A stretch of 64,000 nucleotides of DNA from Octopus sinensis (lineage: Eukaryota), in assembly GCF_006345805.1 (NCBI RefSeq), contig NW_021836130.1:124001-188000 (forward strand), in the 5' to 3' direction. Under the pieces are notes generated by a model. The model worked only from the letters and a program-made list of their open reading frames with translations. It did no database searches and had not been told where the DNA came from. Shown here one piece after another: positions 13,501-26,697 of the stretch. Numbering within the stretch: position 1 is the stretch's first letter; each line of letters begins with the position of its first letter. Made by a program: the position numbers and the translations under genes.

Positions 13501-14899
13501 AGACAAGGAAATGATAAAAGGAGACGCACTGACACCAAGATCACTTAATTAGACAACTACTATTCCTCTTTCTGTGTTCCCGGGCAATAATATACGAATC
13601 AATATTTAGTAAAATAATGGCATGAGTCACAGCATATATATTTAACAGCGTGCTTATAATGGTTCTTGTGGTGTCGAAAACTCTTAATTTTGAAAATAAT
13701 TTAATGGATTGGCCACATTACAACAATCCATAATTCCCTAATGGGACCCCATTTAAGCAATAGCATTCTTTAATTTTGAAACACATTCGATCGACGGCGA
13801 TCATAAATATTGCAAGGAAACGAATTAAAAAATGGGCTTAAATTGTAGGAAATAAAATTATCACACAGGAATCAAACGTATAAGTATACTGTTAAATAAT
13901 TTAAAAATAATTAAAATAAACTCGATAAAATACAATGGATTCAGGGTCAAGTAGAGATGCAAGCAATTTGAAAATTTATCTTTAGGAGCATTAAAAGATG
14001 GATTAGTTCCAATTGTGCACAAAATGAATCTTTTGAAAGATATAAAGATTTGTATCAAAAAATCGTTTATAAATATGATAAAGAAAAACATGAAATCATT
14101 AAAAAAACACCCATTAAAATTTTCATTCAGATTAGGAAATTAAAATCGGGAAATACCATAAAAATGATGAAATTTCGGATAACTTATTCATTAAAAGAAA
14201 TTAAATCACAAATATTCCTTCTGAATCCAATTTAATAAAAAAATAAAGCAGAACTAAATAATAGTAACAGTACAACAAAGTAAATCAAAAGCATGTCATA
14301 ATTTATTAGGTTTGCCATTAAAAATTAAAATAATTTAACAATGAAAAATAGTTTTATAAATATTATTAAAATGATGACAAGAGACAATCGTTATGTTCTG
14401 AAAAAGTAGGTCACTTGCGTATGATGAAATTTTTTTGTATAAAACATTATTTTGTCAGCCAATCATTAAAATTATTCGTTCAGTTCCATAAATATTAGTT
14501 TATTTGTTCAAATTTCAGATTTGGCGCTTTTTGATGAACAGATAAATCGAAAAGATCTGGAGAGATTCCACTGGCATTTAAATTGTGTTTTAATAAAAAT
14601 AAAGTTTATTTTTTATTAATATTTGTTTAATTATCTTTATTTTTAATGGAAAACCGAATACATTACGACACATGTGATCACGTGTATGTTTTACTTTGTT
14701 GTACTCTTTTTATTATTTTTCTTTACTTTATTTTTAATGTAATTGGATTCAGAAGGAATATTTGTTGATGCAGTCTCTTTTAATTATTAGATTATCTGAA
14801 ATTTCATCATTTTGTGATATTTTTTCATTTTATTCCATTAATCTGTCTCTTCTACATATTTTGAACTTTCTAAACACAATTATCTTTATTCATTCAATT

Positions 14900-16830
14900 C
14901 TCTTTTTTTGTTTGTTTCATATTTTCCGATTATATTATGTTCATTATCTTTATTTTTACTAATAGTACACGTAGTTTCAAATTTTTCTGAAACTGCTTAC
15001 TTATTTATATTCAGTTCGTCATATAATGGGTATCTACGGTTAACAGGGTTATCATCCCTATCGTGTTTCAGCAGCACTGTATCTCCTATTATATTTCCAC
15101 TTACGACGTTTTTCATTTTCTTACAAGCTTTAACAAGGTTTTCATGCACTTTTTTCTCAGTATTTTTATTGTCATTCTTAAAATAATTTGAATTTGACTC
15201 ATCACTTAGTTCTGCATTTGTTCCGTCGAACATATACAAACGGGATGGACTTTTCCAGCTCCCTTTCGAAACTGGAAAAGTCTTCAGACTTCCCCACCCA
15301 AGCAGGAATTGGGTGGGCTCCTTCTTCAGGACTCGATACCGCCTAGACGGCTGTATCGAGTCCAAAATCCCTAAGATTTTAACGACTGATGCCTTTCCAC
15401 AGGTGGGAAAGACCTCTAGTCGTGCTACCACGCCGAAGGTAATTCTACCACCGGCGCGGGCGGTCTTCCTCTGGTGTGCATTCACCTCTGGAGACGAGTT
15501 AGCAGTACCTAAACTGTTAGAGACCGTACGGCAAGCGACACGTTTAGGTTTCCCCACGGTACGCCAGCCGTCCTCACGGACTACCTTTGTAAGTTGCACA
15601 TCAGATCCTGTTCGCGATCGTTTTTCATCACTTTTTTCTCCTTTAATATTCGGATTTCGTGCACCACAGGAAACACAACCATTCTCGCACGCTACAATCG
15701 ATTGGTCGTGGACACAATGACGAGCTTGTGTAGCCCGTTTACATCCTTCAGATACAATTTCCCCTCAATTATTGTGAAATTCTCTGCCTTTTTTTCAGTC
15801 GATACTTCTTATGCTTGTGAAGATCGACATTCTCATTTTCAACTATGGATCTGTCTTTTAATTGATAGGTTCTTGAATAAATCTTTTTTAACTTTCTTGT
15901 TATTTCTTCAGCTGATTTGGTTTTTGCAAATTTTACCACTGCAAATTGTCCATTTTCCAGTTTCAGTTTGTTACGAGTCTTTATAAGGGCGTTTACTTCG
16001 TGGCTTTAACTTTGGGAGAAATTTGGTATAATTCCTTGTGGAATGAATTTTTGGAGGTCAAGATGATAAGTGCATTGAGATAATTGACTGCTGCGTCAGT
16101 CGAACGAAAGTTGATAATGTCGAAATCATTCAATGATTTTTCTAGAGCGAGACTGTAGTCGTCCCAGAAAGCTCTTTTGTAATTCGTATAACAACGCCGT
16201 TGAATGTCGATGTTGGGCTTTAGGATATTCTCAATAATAATCGGGTTGTGATCAAATTAGGTCTTAAATGACCTTCCAAGAAGTAACAGGGGCCAGAATT
16301 GGAGTACACAGCGAGATGTCAGGAGAAGAAATTGCGTAGCCTTTTCTTGACGGTGTTCTGGTGTGTGATGAGGGATTGTTGAGGATAACTAAATTATTAA
16401 ATTGGTCTAATAGTAGAGATCCTCTTGAATTAAGAGATTGATTTTTTACAATATCGGGATCTTTGCGCTCATATCACCACAAATAATGCACCAACAATCA
16501 GTCCAAATTGTAAAAGGAGTCGATTATAAAAACCAACTATGAATTATAAAAAAAGATTCAACACAATGCCGTCAAGATTTAAATATCTCCTTAGATCCAC
16601 TAAATCTGCAATATACCGATCTCTAGGTTTTCTTGCAATTGGGGTGATAGTTGGTTTTGTTGCAATGAAATTTTTCGATCAACACTGATTAAGAACATTA
16701 CTGGCAATAGACACATTTTGCTATCACACTACAAATTTCTTCTCTTGAATATATTTGGTCTCTTAGTAACGAGAGCATTCTGTCTCTACCAAATCAAAAA
16801 CAACGTTCCAGATTTCTTTGTTCTACTTTT
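14900..16830 (-). mobile_element. Old Ginger integrase remnant split by retroelement fragments (including an APE endonuclease at about 15750-16490); copy 2 at about 33160-35040
   Basis: N-part KPTITPIARKPRDRYIADLVDL (16500-16830) and C-part GDTVLLK..DDNPVNRRYPLYD (14997-15240) both resemble the 30025 element; the middle encodes NSRG..VILNN..SPDIS (APE). Confidence 0.65.
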
Positions 16831-16859
16831 CGCTATTTATGAGTCTTGAAACCTTCTAT

Positions 16860-17090
16860 TGATCTATAAAACCCGACCTCGTTGAAGAACGAGTCAGTCT
16901 CCTTCCGCGGCTCCAGAGCGATTGGCGTAATACGCAAACAGTCCGCGGGGGAAGAATACTTTTGTAGTTTCATCCTTTCGGCGTGGTTTGCAGCCGAACA
17001 AGGATTCGCAGCGGAGGAATCGATTCTCGACCTTGAGAAGGCATTCACAACGGTAACATTCATACGAGGGCTTTCCCGAACGAGTACGGA
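16860..17090 (-). mobile_element. CRE RLE-domain remnant; copy 2 at about 35070-35300
   Basis: VTVVNAFS..SAANHAERMKLQKY..PIALE. Confidence 0.65.
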
Positions 17091-17254
17091 ATATTGTCAA
17101 ATTACTAATCTGTTTATAAACAATTATTTATTGAAAAAATCGAATAAAGTTATTTGTATAGTTTTTTAATTAATTTTTGTAAATCATTTGAAATGTTTTT
17201 CAAATTTTTTACAGTATTTTGTTATATTTTGAGAAAAGCAATTCGAACAAGAAC

Positions 17255-17800
17255 TTAATTTATGACAATTTGAATTCCATCAAATAAAGTGATTGGGCTA
17301 ATATCGTAGCTCTCATCGATTTGGAATTCCATCAAATAAAGTGATTGGGCTAATATAGCTCTCATCGATTGGCCATCTTCTGCATTAAGCATGATATCTT
17401 CAACAGTATATTCTTCTTGAAACAGTGCAATAATTTTATTGTCATCAATGACTTTTTGTATTTGAAGCATATCTTCTTCAATCATAATTGGTCTAGCTCA
17501 TTATTGTTTGATTCAATAATTTGATATGGGGACAACTCTTCTTCAGCATAAGACTCATAAATACCTTGAATGATTCCAACTTTTTTGAAACATTACTAAT
17601 AGTTTCTTGTTTCACACTTGCCCAAGCTTCGTGAAGTAACAACATAGTGTGTCTAAGATTAACAAAAAATCTAGTGTGATTGATCAAGCGAGTTCATATA
17701 ATCAACCACTAACTTTTTTTTCTGTAATGATGCTTTAGATTTTTATTATTCCTGCATCCATTGGTTAAAGATGAGCAGTTGAGTTCTTTGGAAGCCTTAT
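17255..17800 (-). mobile_element. pogo/Tigger transposase C-terminal remnant; copy 2 at about 35473-35980
   Basis: LLHEAWASVKQETISNCFKKVGI motif; copy 1 carries an extra tandem duplication of about 52 bp at 17272-17371. Confidence 0.65.
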
Positions 17801-18544
17801 AACTTGAATGTTCCAGCTCTCCCTCGAAGCTTGAAAAGTCCTCATACTTCCCCTCTCAAACAGGAATTGGGTGGGCTCACTCTTCAGGACTCGATACCGC
17901 TTAGATAATTGCATCGAGTCCGAATACATAAAATTTTTATTACTGAGGTCTTTTCACAGTTGGGAAAATCACGATCTTACTTTTCAATAAACAAAAATTG
18001 TGTTTCACTTGAATGTCAATCACAATTGAAGTGTTCACCCAGAATTTCACTTCAGCGTCGTAAATATCGATCGAACTGAATTTGTGTTGATAAATTTAGA
18101 TTTTTCAATGCCACACATTGTTCATATGTACAGATATATGCATCCTACAACTTCGTTATGTTTTCTCATGTAGTAACTGTTCAACATTCTGACCAATTAA
18201 TCAACGGATTTCTTGGCTTTTTACAGTAATACATGTTGATTCTTTTGGATCAAAAAATTAATTTCTATCCTAAACACTATATATAGCTTTGTATTTAGGC
18301 TGCTATTTCTCGTGGGAAGCTATTGAGAAGATTCAACATCTTCATTCTCCTTACTGTTAAAAAAACAGAATACTGATTTGGAATGAGTTTGTTGCTTCTG
18401 TAATAAAGTAAGTAATGTTTTGAATAATCTTCATGCAAACTTTGATGAATTTTATAGATTAGAAAAGAAATTCTCAACCTTCAAGAATTAAATCAATAAT
18501 TAAGAGTTTCTTTGTGGCTCCGACAAAAAATATTTTTACAAGCT

Positions 18545-19065
18545 TTCTACACGCACCGGAGGCACGGGTATCAGGTCGGCGCTGGATTTCGCACTTCCGG
18601 CATATCTGTTATCGCTTTTAAGCTGCAGTCATCTCGTCCAGAAAGTCCAAACTCACACTACTATCCTTGGACACAGTATTTGACGAGGCTTGCTTGCAGT
18701 AGAAGGAAGCTGAACTTTCGATCCAGGATGATGTCTCGAGACAGAATTGTTGGGACGCAATATTGTGCAAAGCTATTGTTGATGACCTAAAGCGGGGGTT
18801 GAACCAACACTGTTTTGTCTGTTTGCTTTCTGGGCCACAACACGGGAAGGGTGCATGGCTCCACGCATTTCCATACAGTTCATTCGGTACTTTTATGGAC
18901 GACGATTGTGAGATAATTGGTGTTCAGGAGATCGGGTCCCGCATGTCTGCTATCACAGGCGACGCCCGCGAATCAAAATGGTTTTTCGAGCGGATATTCC
19001 TCGCGATAGTACGCTCTAATTCTTTCTCGATCGCGTCGGCTTCCAGCCCATTAAGCTTTTATTAA
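18545..19065 (+). mobile_element. Internally deleted CRE remnant; copy 2 at about 36720-37244
   Basis: GAWLHAFP..GTFMDD and WFFERIFLAIVRSNSFSI resemble the C-terminus of ORF 22228-23961. Confidence 0.75.
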
Positions 19066-19143
19066 TTAACTTGTAGTTATTTACTTTGTTGCTTGTGGTT
19101 CATTGATTTCTAAAAAAAAATTTTCAAATTTATAAAATAAAAA

Positions 19144-19287
19144 TGTACCGAAGTACACGAAAAAAATACGCCGTAGGACAGCCCGTATGGAACCGACCAC
19201 ACTCGAAGGCGACCCAAAGTGCAATGGATGGCCAGCGGATGGCACATTTGCCTAATTGATAACAAACATGCACGACCAGGTAAGTAC
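19144..19287 (-). ncRNA. U1: U1 snRNA, about 144 nt, divergent
   Basis: 5' GUACUUACCUGG; helix H GUCGU/ACGGC; SL1 10-bp stem with 10-nt loop UAUCAAUUAG; SL2 loop AUUGCACUUU (U1A site); SL3; U-rich Sm position; terminal UGUAC-UUCG-GUACA. Confidence 0.92.
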
Positions 19288-22146
19288 TTAGCATATGCAC
19301 ACATTAGGAAATAGATACAACTAAATTATTAAAATGTATGGATTTTTAATTAGCTTTGAGGTATATACATTTAAATAGATTATCCAATTTTTTATTGAGT
19401 TTTAACATAAATGACAAATTAAGTAATTACAAATTTATTAAATTTATAAAAAGGTGATTTTTAAACACTACTTGTGATCGCTTAAATGTTTATATTCTCC
19501 ATTCGACTGTATTTATGACTGTGTTTATGACATTTACATTAGTTATGACATTTACATTAGTTAACCATTATTATAATTTTTAATAACCTCCGTATCAACG
19601 TGCTTTTAGGTAAGTTAGTTCTTATAAAGATTTTTTTGTCATTTGGATTTATATGCAATGATAAAAATAAACTAACCTCAATGTTTAATTTGCATGGTCT
19701 CTTGGCAAATAATTTTTCGTTTTGTTTTCTGAAAAACAATACAAGTATTATTTAGTTTTTATTATGTATCGTAGATCTAGTCAAATGATGTTCAGTGAAA
19801 CTTTTGTAATTACAGAGGAATCATTAAAATTTTCATATCTGATTTCAGAATTTATAGCAAAACAACTAAAACCTCACTATTGGCGAAAACTTGATAATCC
19901 CTGCTTGTCGTATTATTGCTCGGACTGTGTTTAGGCATAATATGAACAAATAATATTGAAGATATCTTTGTCAGATAACAGTTTCTTGTCGGATTGTGGT
20001 TTGTCGGAGAATATTGAAAATAGTGTCTCATTTTTATTAAAGAAACTCACTTGACGAATCTGAGGATATTTCGGAAATGGCACATTTATTGGCATATATA
20101 CGATTTGTTTATTTTGGGAAAATTACAGAACAATTCGTATTTTATAAGCCTCTTTTAACTACTACTCGAGCAATTGATATGTTCACAATATTAAACGATT
20201 ATTTCAATATCAATAATATTTCATTTGCCAATTGTATTGGTACATGTACAGATGGAGCCCCATATGTTTGGTCGTATTAATGGACTTGTTTCATCTGTTA
20301 AATTTAAAAATAATGAGATGATTTTATCACATTGTTTTTGCATCGAGAAATATTGACTGTAAAAACATTGCCTATGAATTTAAAATCTTTCTTGGATGAT
20401 ATTATCTAAATCAGTGGTTCTCAACGGTGGACGATTCTCCCCTTAGGGATGATCCGATTTATTCACCATGGGGGCGATAATTGAAATAATGAATAAATAT
20501 GATATTTTTGTTATAATTTATTTAAATTTCTAAGCGTGATTTCTAGTTATCTTTATGGGTCGTGCTCAAAAAAGTCAGAATGTATAAAGATGAATATATT
20601 TCTCTTGGCTTTATTAAAGATCCTCAAGATCCTAATAAACCACTTTGCCTTCAATGGGGTGCAATCTTTTGAATTAAGCAAAGAAATCGTCTCGTTTGAT
20701 TGAACATTTAAAGCGAAAATATCATAATTCAATTGGAAAAAGGAAGACTTTTTTCTAGAATTAAAAAAGAATTTTGAAAATAAAAACACCTTACAGTCAA
20801 TCTTTAATAAAAATATATCTCAAAATGTCTCTGGATTATCTTTTTCATATAAAGTTGCAGAGATAATTACAAAAACTGGTTTCATTATTATTTTAATTAT
20901 AAGTACTGCTCATTCGATTGCAGAAAATGTTATCCGTCCTTGTTTAAATTTATTTATAAACGATATCTTACAAAACGATTCTTCAAATATTATGAAGACT
21001 ATTCCATTAAGCAACGATAGCAGTTTTTACTTTATCTAAGATTTTCCCTTTTTTGTTAAATTCAGGACCAGAAACTATAGTGCGAACTGTATGCATGTTT
21101 TTCGAGTAGTAAAAGGCTGCACTAAGTTAGGTTCCCCATCTTGTAATTATTACTTCAGGTGGTAATTCTATATTGTCAAAAGATCTCTTCGAGATTTTTT
21201 TTGAGCAATGCAGTTTACATCGTGGCAATCAGATTATTAATATCCCCATAGTGTGTACTCATTTTTAAGGCACAATTATGTAAAAGATGAGCAAAACAAG
21301 TGATGTGTATAACATTGTTATACATAATTGACAATGTTTCTGCAGCAGCTATCATGTATGATGCAGCGTCGATAACCAATAAAACAAAATTAATCGTTTG
21401 ACGTTAAAATCCTTTAAAGTTTCATCGATTATCTGGCAAATAACTGAAGTATTACATATTTCAACAGAAATGCAATTTAATAGATAAATTTTCGATGGAT
21501 TACAAATAGTCCCCCCAAAAACATTCACAAATTTATTATTTGAAAATTGGGTTTCATCAACAATCAAAAATATTTTCAAATTTAAAATAAGATTTTTTAT
21601 TCGTTCAAAATTTAGAAGATAATTATCATATACCAATTTGCGACAATAGGTTTCTGATGGAACAGAAAATCCCAAATCGTCGAAAAACTTAGAAAAAAGA
21701 TTGTGACGAATCTTATAAAGAGGGATATTCACACCCGTCATCATCGAACCAATTTTAAACAAAAATCATTTGGAATTGCAATCAATTTCGATTGATGCAA
21801 GTCGTGTGTTTTACTTCTTTTTTATGCATTTCCGTCTGTCTGTGTTGTTCCACGTTAAAACTTTTTGACAAGTTTACCTAAACACAACAGAACTTGCAAG
21901 TAAGTCCCCCATTAGTACTTCTCGTAAATTCGTGCGGATATTTATTTAATATTTTAGAGAGTTTGAATTCATTAGATTTTTTTGATTTAGGCATCTATTA
22001 ATATACCTCTTTTATATAAAAACCTTTATCTCACTCAACAAAAAACCGATTATATCTCACGTTATAAAAAAATAATTCAAATATTATTATTCAAATATTT
22101 ATATTTAAAAAAAAATATTAATCTAATTCATTAAAATATACAAAAA

Positions 22147-24135
22147 TTTTTTTAAACAGATAAAAAATTATATTTGTAGAAATTTGAAAAGTTCTTATAT
22201 CGAAAGAGAAGAGATTGATTTGAGAAATCAATTGAGGAAGCCCGCTGCCTGTATGGAAAGCGAGTTCCCTCGGAGTATGGCTATTCCGATCCTTTGTCTT
22301 AGCCATACTCCTTCACGAGGATCATTCTTCTTTGTGGCGAGCATTCTTCCGAGTTCGCGCAAGAACTCGGCAGTCGCTGGGCCAACTGCTCCTGATGACT
22401 CAGCCGCAACAGGGGTGAATCTGTAGCGGTCCCCGAGGAAGGAATATTTTTTGGTTTTAAGGTTTTCCGCGATTGAGGCAGCTGCTCCAGGTGTCTGAAC
22501 CGATTTAAGGAGATTCGTGCTTGAGTAAGTATCGACGCAAGTTGCGTCCCAGACCAAAGATCGTCCGGAGTTGAAAGGGAAAAGAGTCATCCCGTCAGGT
22601 CTCTTTCCATCACCTCGATCGAGACCCACTGGTTCAAGCTGTGCTGGGAAGCCTGCAGCCTTCAGAGCTCTGACGATCACGTCGTTCAGAGCGGCGTGAC
22701 GTGGTCCTCTTCCGGCGGATCTCCTGCAGGATAGCGGGTGCAATCCCTTCGCATCGACCGTTTTCCCGCAGCGGCATCGGTGCTCCTGGCAAACGTCTAG
22801 TCCAAGTCTTTGTCCGATTCCAATCCTCAAAGAATCGTCGTCCAAAAAAGTCCCGAGATTTGGGCAAGGGATTGCACCAAGCCATGCTCCGCTCCCTCCA
22901 CTTGAGGCTGACACCAGGCAAGCAAGACGATGTTGATTTGCTTCTTTTTTAAGCCCTTCTGAAATTTTGGAGCAGACAATGTTATCCCAGTTTTTTTGTT
23001 TCGTTGTGTCTTCGGGGATTTTGAGTCCTGACCCGTTCCAATCCCGGCAAGCTTCATCAAATGACTCATTCCAGCGAAGTCCAATAGTGTGACGAAGGAC
23101 TTGCCGTGTCAAATGGTTGCAGCTTGAGAGAGACGAAAGATATGCCGGGTACGCGACCTCCAGCGCCGATCTTAGACCGACACCCCCAAATCCAGAGGGA
23201 AGCTTACATTGCTTCCAACCGAGTTCGTCGAAGCGGACGTTGATTAGTGACTCAACAGTTTGTTTGAGAGATTTGTCTATCGAAAGTAGACTGTCGTAAT
23301 GTTCGTGGCAGGGTGAACTTCGCAGTAGGTATAAAAGCTTGGGTAGTCCGATGTTGTTTCTCATCAGGAAGAAGGATGTGTGAGAGTCGAGGCATGACAA
23401 TCTTTTTGCGAGGCGAGATAATTCTTCATTTTTAGAAAGTAGATGGTTCCTGAGTTCGTCTTCACTGAGTGGACATCCAAGGAAATATAGTTTATCAACT
23501 GGCACAGTCGGGATCCCGGGAAGCAGTTCGTTGAAAAACTCCTTGATAGAGAGAAAGTCAGTGTTTGAGTATGAGACATTTATTAACTCTGATTTGTTAA
23601 TATTGATGTCCAATCCCAAGTGTTTTAATGCGGGAAGTGCTTGACGTAAAGAGTTGTATGTTTCCTCGAATGATCCTCCAATTGTGGCATCGTCGAGATA
23701 CCAGAGATTTAGTTGTGCGTCAATTGATCTCACAACATCATCAATTGTCAGGGCAAATAAGAGGGGTCCGAGCGGATCTCCCTGCTGGACACCAGTTTTT
23801 GATTTAATGATTTCATCATCAAAAACCAGAGACGTATCTTCTCCGTATGACAATTTAACAAGAGGGAAAAGCATGGGAGCCCTCTTCCAACACGTTTCCA
23901 TAATGGAGTCTCTTCTGAGAGAATTGAATGCATGGTTATGTCCAATTTGATTCCAATGCATTCGTTTGCAGTATTCTTCTGTGTAAAGAAACGCCTTGCT
24001 GCATGAACCGCTGCCTCACATCCGTTCTGGATACTAACACCCATTTGTTCTGGGAAGAACTCCGCACCGAGTGGGCGGCTCACGAGGGTCGAAGCAATCT
24101 TCGCTGCGAGTCTTCTGAAATAGTTTCCGACCGCA
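22147..24135 (-). mobile_element. 5'-truncated CRE-clade retrotransposon (RT, CCHC knuckle, restriction-like endonuclease), only in copy 2
   Basis: AVGNYFRRL, GVQQGDPLGP, WYLDD, CRCG..HPLSC, RH, RPDG and WDAT motifs; one frameshift near 23950; short A-tail at 22147-22153. Confidence 0.92.
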
Positions 24136-26697
24136 ATATGACCTATTAATAAGTGTTTAAATAGTTAAAAAATATAATTAAAATATTTAATTAATATAAA
24201 CAAACACAAAATGACCTTATTTTGTGATAAGCATTATATGACTTTTGGTTGCCCTAGTTATCAGATAAAAGTTCAATTTCGTTATCGAATACTCCTTTGA
24301 ATCCGGACGGTTTTTTCCCAAGCACATACATACTTTCTTTATTTCTTCAGCCACTGAATCCCAAACCACTGCAAGAGGATTTTTCATATTTACGTTCATA
24401 ATTTCTTTCTTAATTGCCATACAATAATTTTCCGAGTCTTCTCACATAAAAATAATTGTCCCACCGTAAACGGTTAGTACTGATTCACTTTATACTTTTT
24501 GAAAAACTTATTTAAAAACAGTTATGTTATAGAAAATAAAATTTCATTAAAAATAAAAAAGTCTCCCAAGAATAATTTGACCCACTGAATGTGGAATAAA
24601 AAATTATATAAACAAAGTCTAATTCTAATGATATCACAAAAATAATGAATTTCAATGATCATCGTATTTTACCTTCGAAGTATTCTTTCTTGGATGAATA
24701 TTAGGCTACATCGTGCGCAGTGGATTCTAAACAAATCTTAACAAAGAATGGAAATTTAAAATCGAATAAAGTAAAATATTACTTGATTGTTAGTAACTTG
24801 ATAAAAGATGTATAAAATTACCTTAGATTTTCATAAGAGTAGTCTATATATAAAAATAAAGTAATATATTTCTTAGGTTAATTTTTCAGTCAATTTTTAA
24901 AATTTTACGGTCAATTAAATTGACTTTTTAATAATAATGGTTCTGTGAACGTGCTTTTAATAATTAAAAGCACAAAACATGGTTTTAGCGGCTCAAAAAT
25001 TCGAAAACTTTAGATATTATAGTTAAAAGAGTCAATTATTAAATTATTTTAAAAAATACTAATGGATCCTTTTTTCAAAAAAACAATACTAGTCACATCT
25101 TTATTCAACAGATGCGCAAAAGAATAGGTAAGAATAAAAATACTCTTACTTCGTCTTTTAGTTAATGGTTATTACTTTATTATTTTAGTAAATTGATTTT
25201 ATTAAAAACTGATAGTTTATCTAGCTGACATTTTTCATAAAGTGAATGAAGTAAATATTAGCTTGCAAGGAAACAAAATTAGTTTAATAAATGTACAAAG
25301 AATTATCATGCCTTTTATTGAAAAATTACATATCTATGAAAACAACATTAAGAAAATGATGAGAAGGTGTGCAGTGGTCGGGAATTGCACGTTTTTAGTG
25401 GTGCATTATTATATCATTGTTCTATCATTGTATTTCATTCTTTCATCCATTCATTTTTTCATTAAACTGTATTTAATTGTATCAATCTATTCTTTTTTCA
25501 TTTGATTGTATTCCATTGTATCAATCTATTGTACCCTTTTCTCACTCCATGTCTCACTGTCTATCTTGTATTCATGTCAACGCCTGCATGAGACCGTCCC
25601 TTGCAAAAGTTGCCTCTTCTCCAACAAAAGGAAGAACGGTTTCAGATGCGCTATGCCATCAGTACTTCCATTTAAACTGCCTTAAAATCTCGAAAGAGGC
25701 CGCCATAAAGATTCCAAACTTGCTGTATCCATCATGCCTCTCATGCTCAAGTCACTCTCTCAAGCCTTCAATGGGGTGCGAAGGAACACCCTATGCGGCC
25801 AACGCTTCTCTGCCCAACCATTCCTCGCCAATCATTCCATCTGTTAAAGATTTCCTCTTTCCGGTTGCCCGGAACAAAAGAATTCGCAGAATTCCAGTCA
25901 TTTTCGCCGCTGATTCCTTATCAACTGCCAGGGACAAATTATATCCAACTGTCAGCAAAATTTTTGTTATAGAAGAATTTCTGATATTCTTGGTGTTTAA
26001 AATGAGGCTAAACAGCGACATATTTCAGAAAGACGTGACTTTGTTATCGCGAAGATGAGGTCCCTGGTCGAGTGCATCGGGATCACGTGAGTTTTGTTTA
26101 ATCTCTATCGTAATCTCGGCGGTTAAATAAAATAAAGACAATTCCCCATGTCATACTTCAAATGCAACAATGAAATGTTCATCCGCATATAAAACTAATT
26201 TATTCGATTGGCCAACACAATCTCCGGACATGAATCCAATTGAAAACATTTGGGCTAAAATAAAATATGAATTATTGAAGGAAAAAATTGAAAATTGAGA
26301 ACAAAATAACGAAGAACAAAAGGATAAAATACTCAAAATTTAAAATCAAAATCCAATGGAGTACATTAAAATTGATAAATTCGATGAAAAATCGTAGTTT
26401 AGAGTTATTCAAACCAAAAGGAAAACATATACCGTACTAATATGTTTTGACATTTTTCGGAATTTTTTGTCATATAAATTGTTTTTTTTGCTGTATTCAC
26501 AACATTTTAAAAAGTTAATAATAAAAATAACGATTCATCAAATGTCCGGATTTTTTTTATCGAGAGGGGAATATTGAAAAACAAAATATTTCAAAAGTGG
26601 AGCAACTAACAACAATGTCTTCGTTTAATTATAAAGCTGATGACAAATCAGATATTTGACAATGAATGTTGTCCTAGCACAATACAAAACATTGCTA

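Larger units (their letters stand above)
8672..21017 (+). repeat. Tandem segmental duplication, copy 1 (12.3 kb)
   Basis: Colinear with 21016-39208; junction gcaacGA/GAtagcag at 21016-21017. Confidence 0.95.

Noticed and set aside
22184-24149. Numerous short antisense or overlapping ORFs over the CRE element (also at 15313-15986 and 33386-34069)
   Set aside because: These are shadow ORFs of GC-richer retroelement sequence with no recognisable motifs
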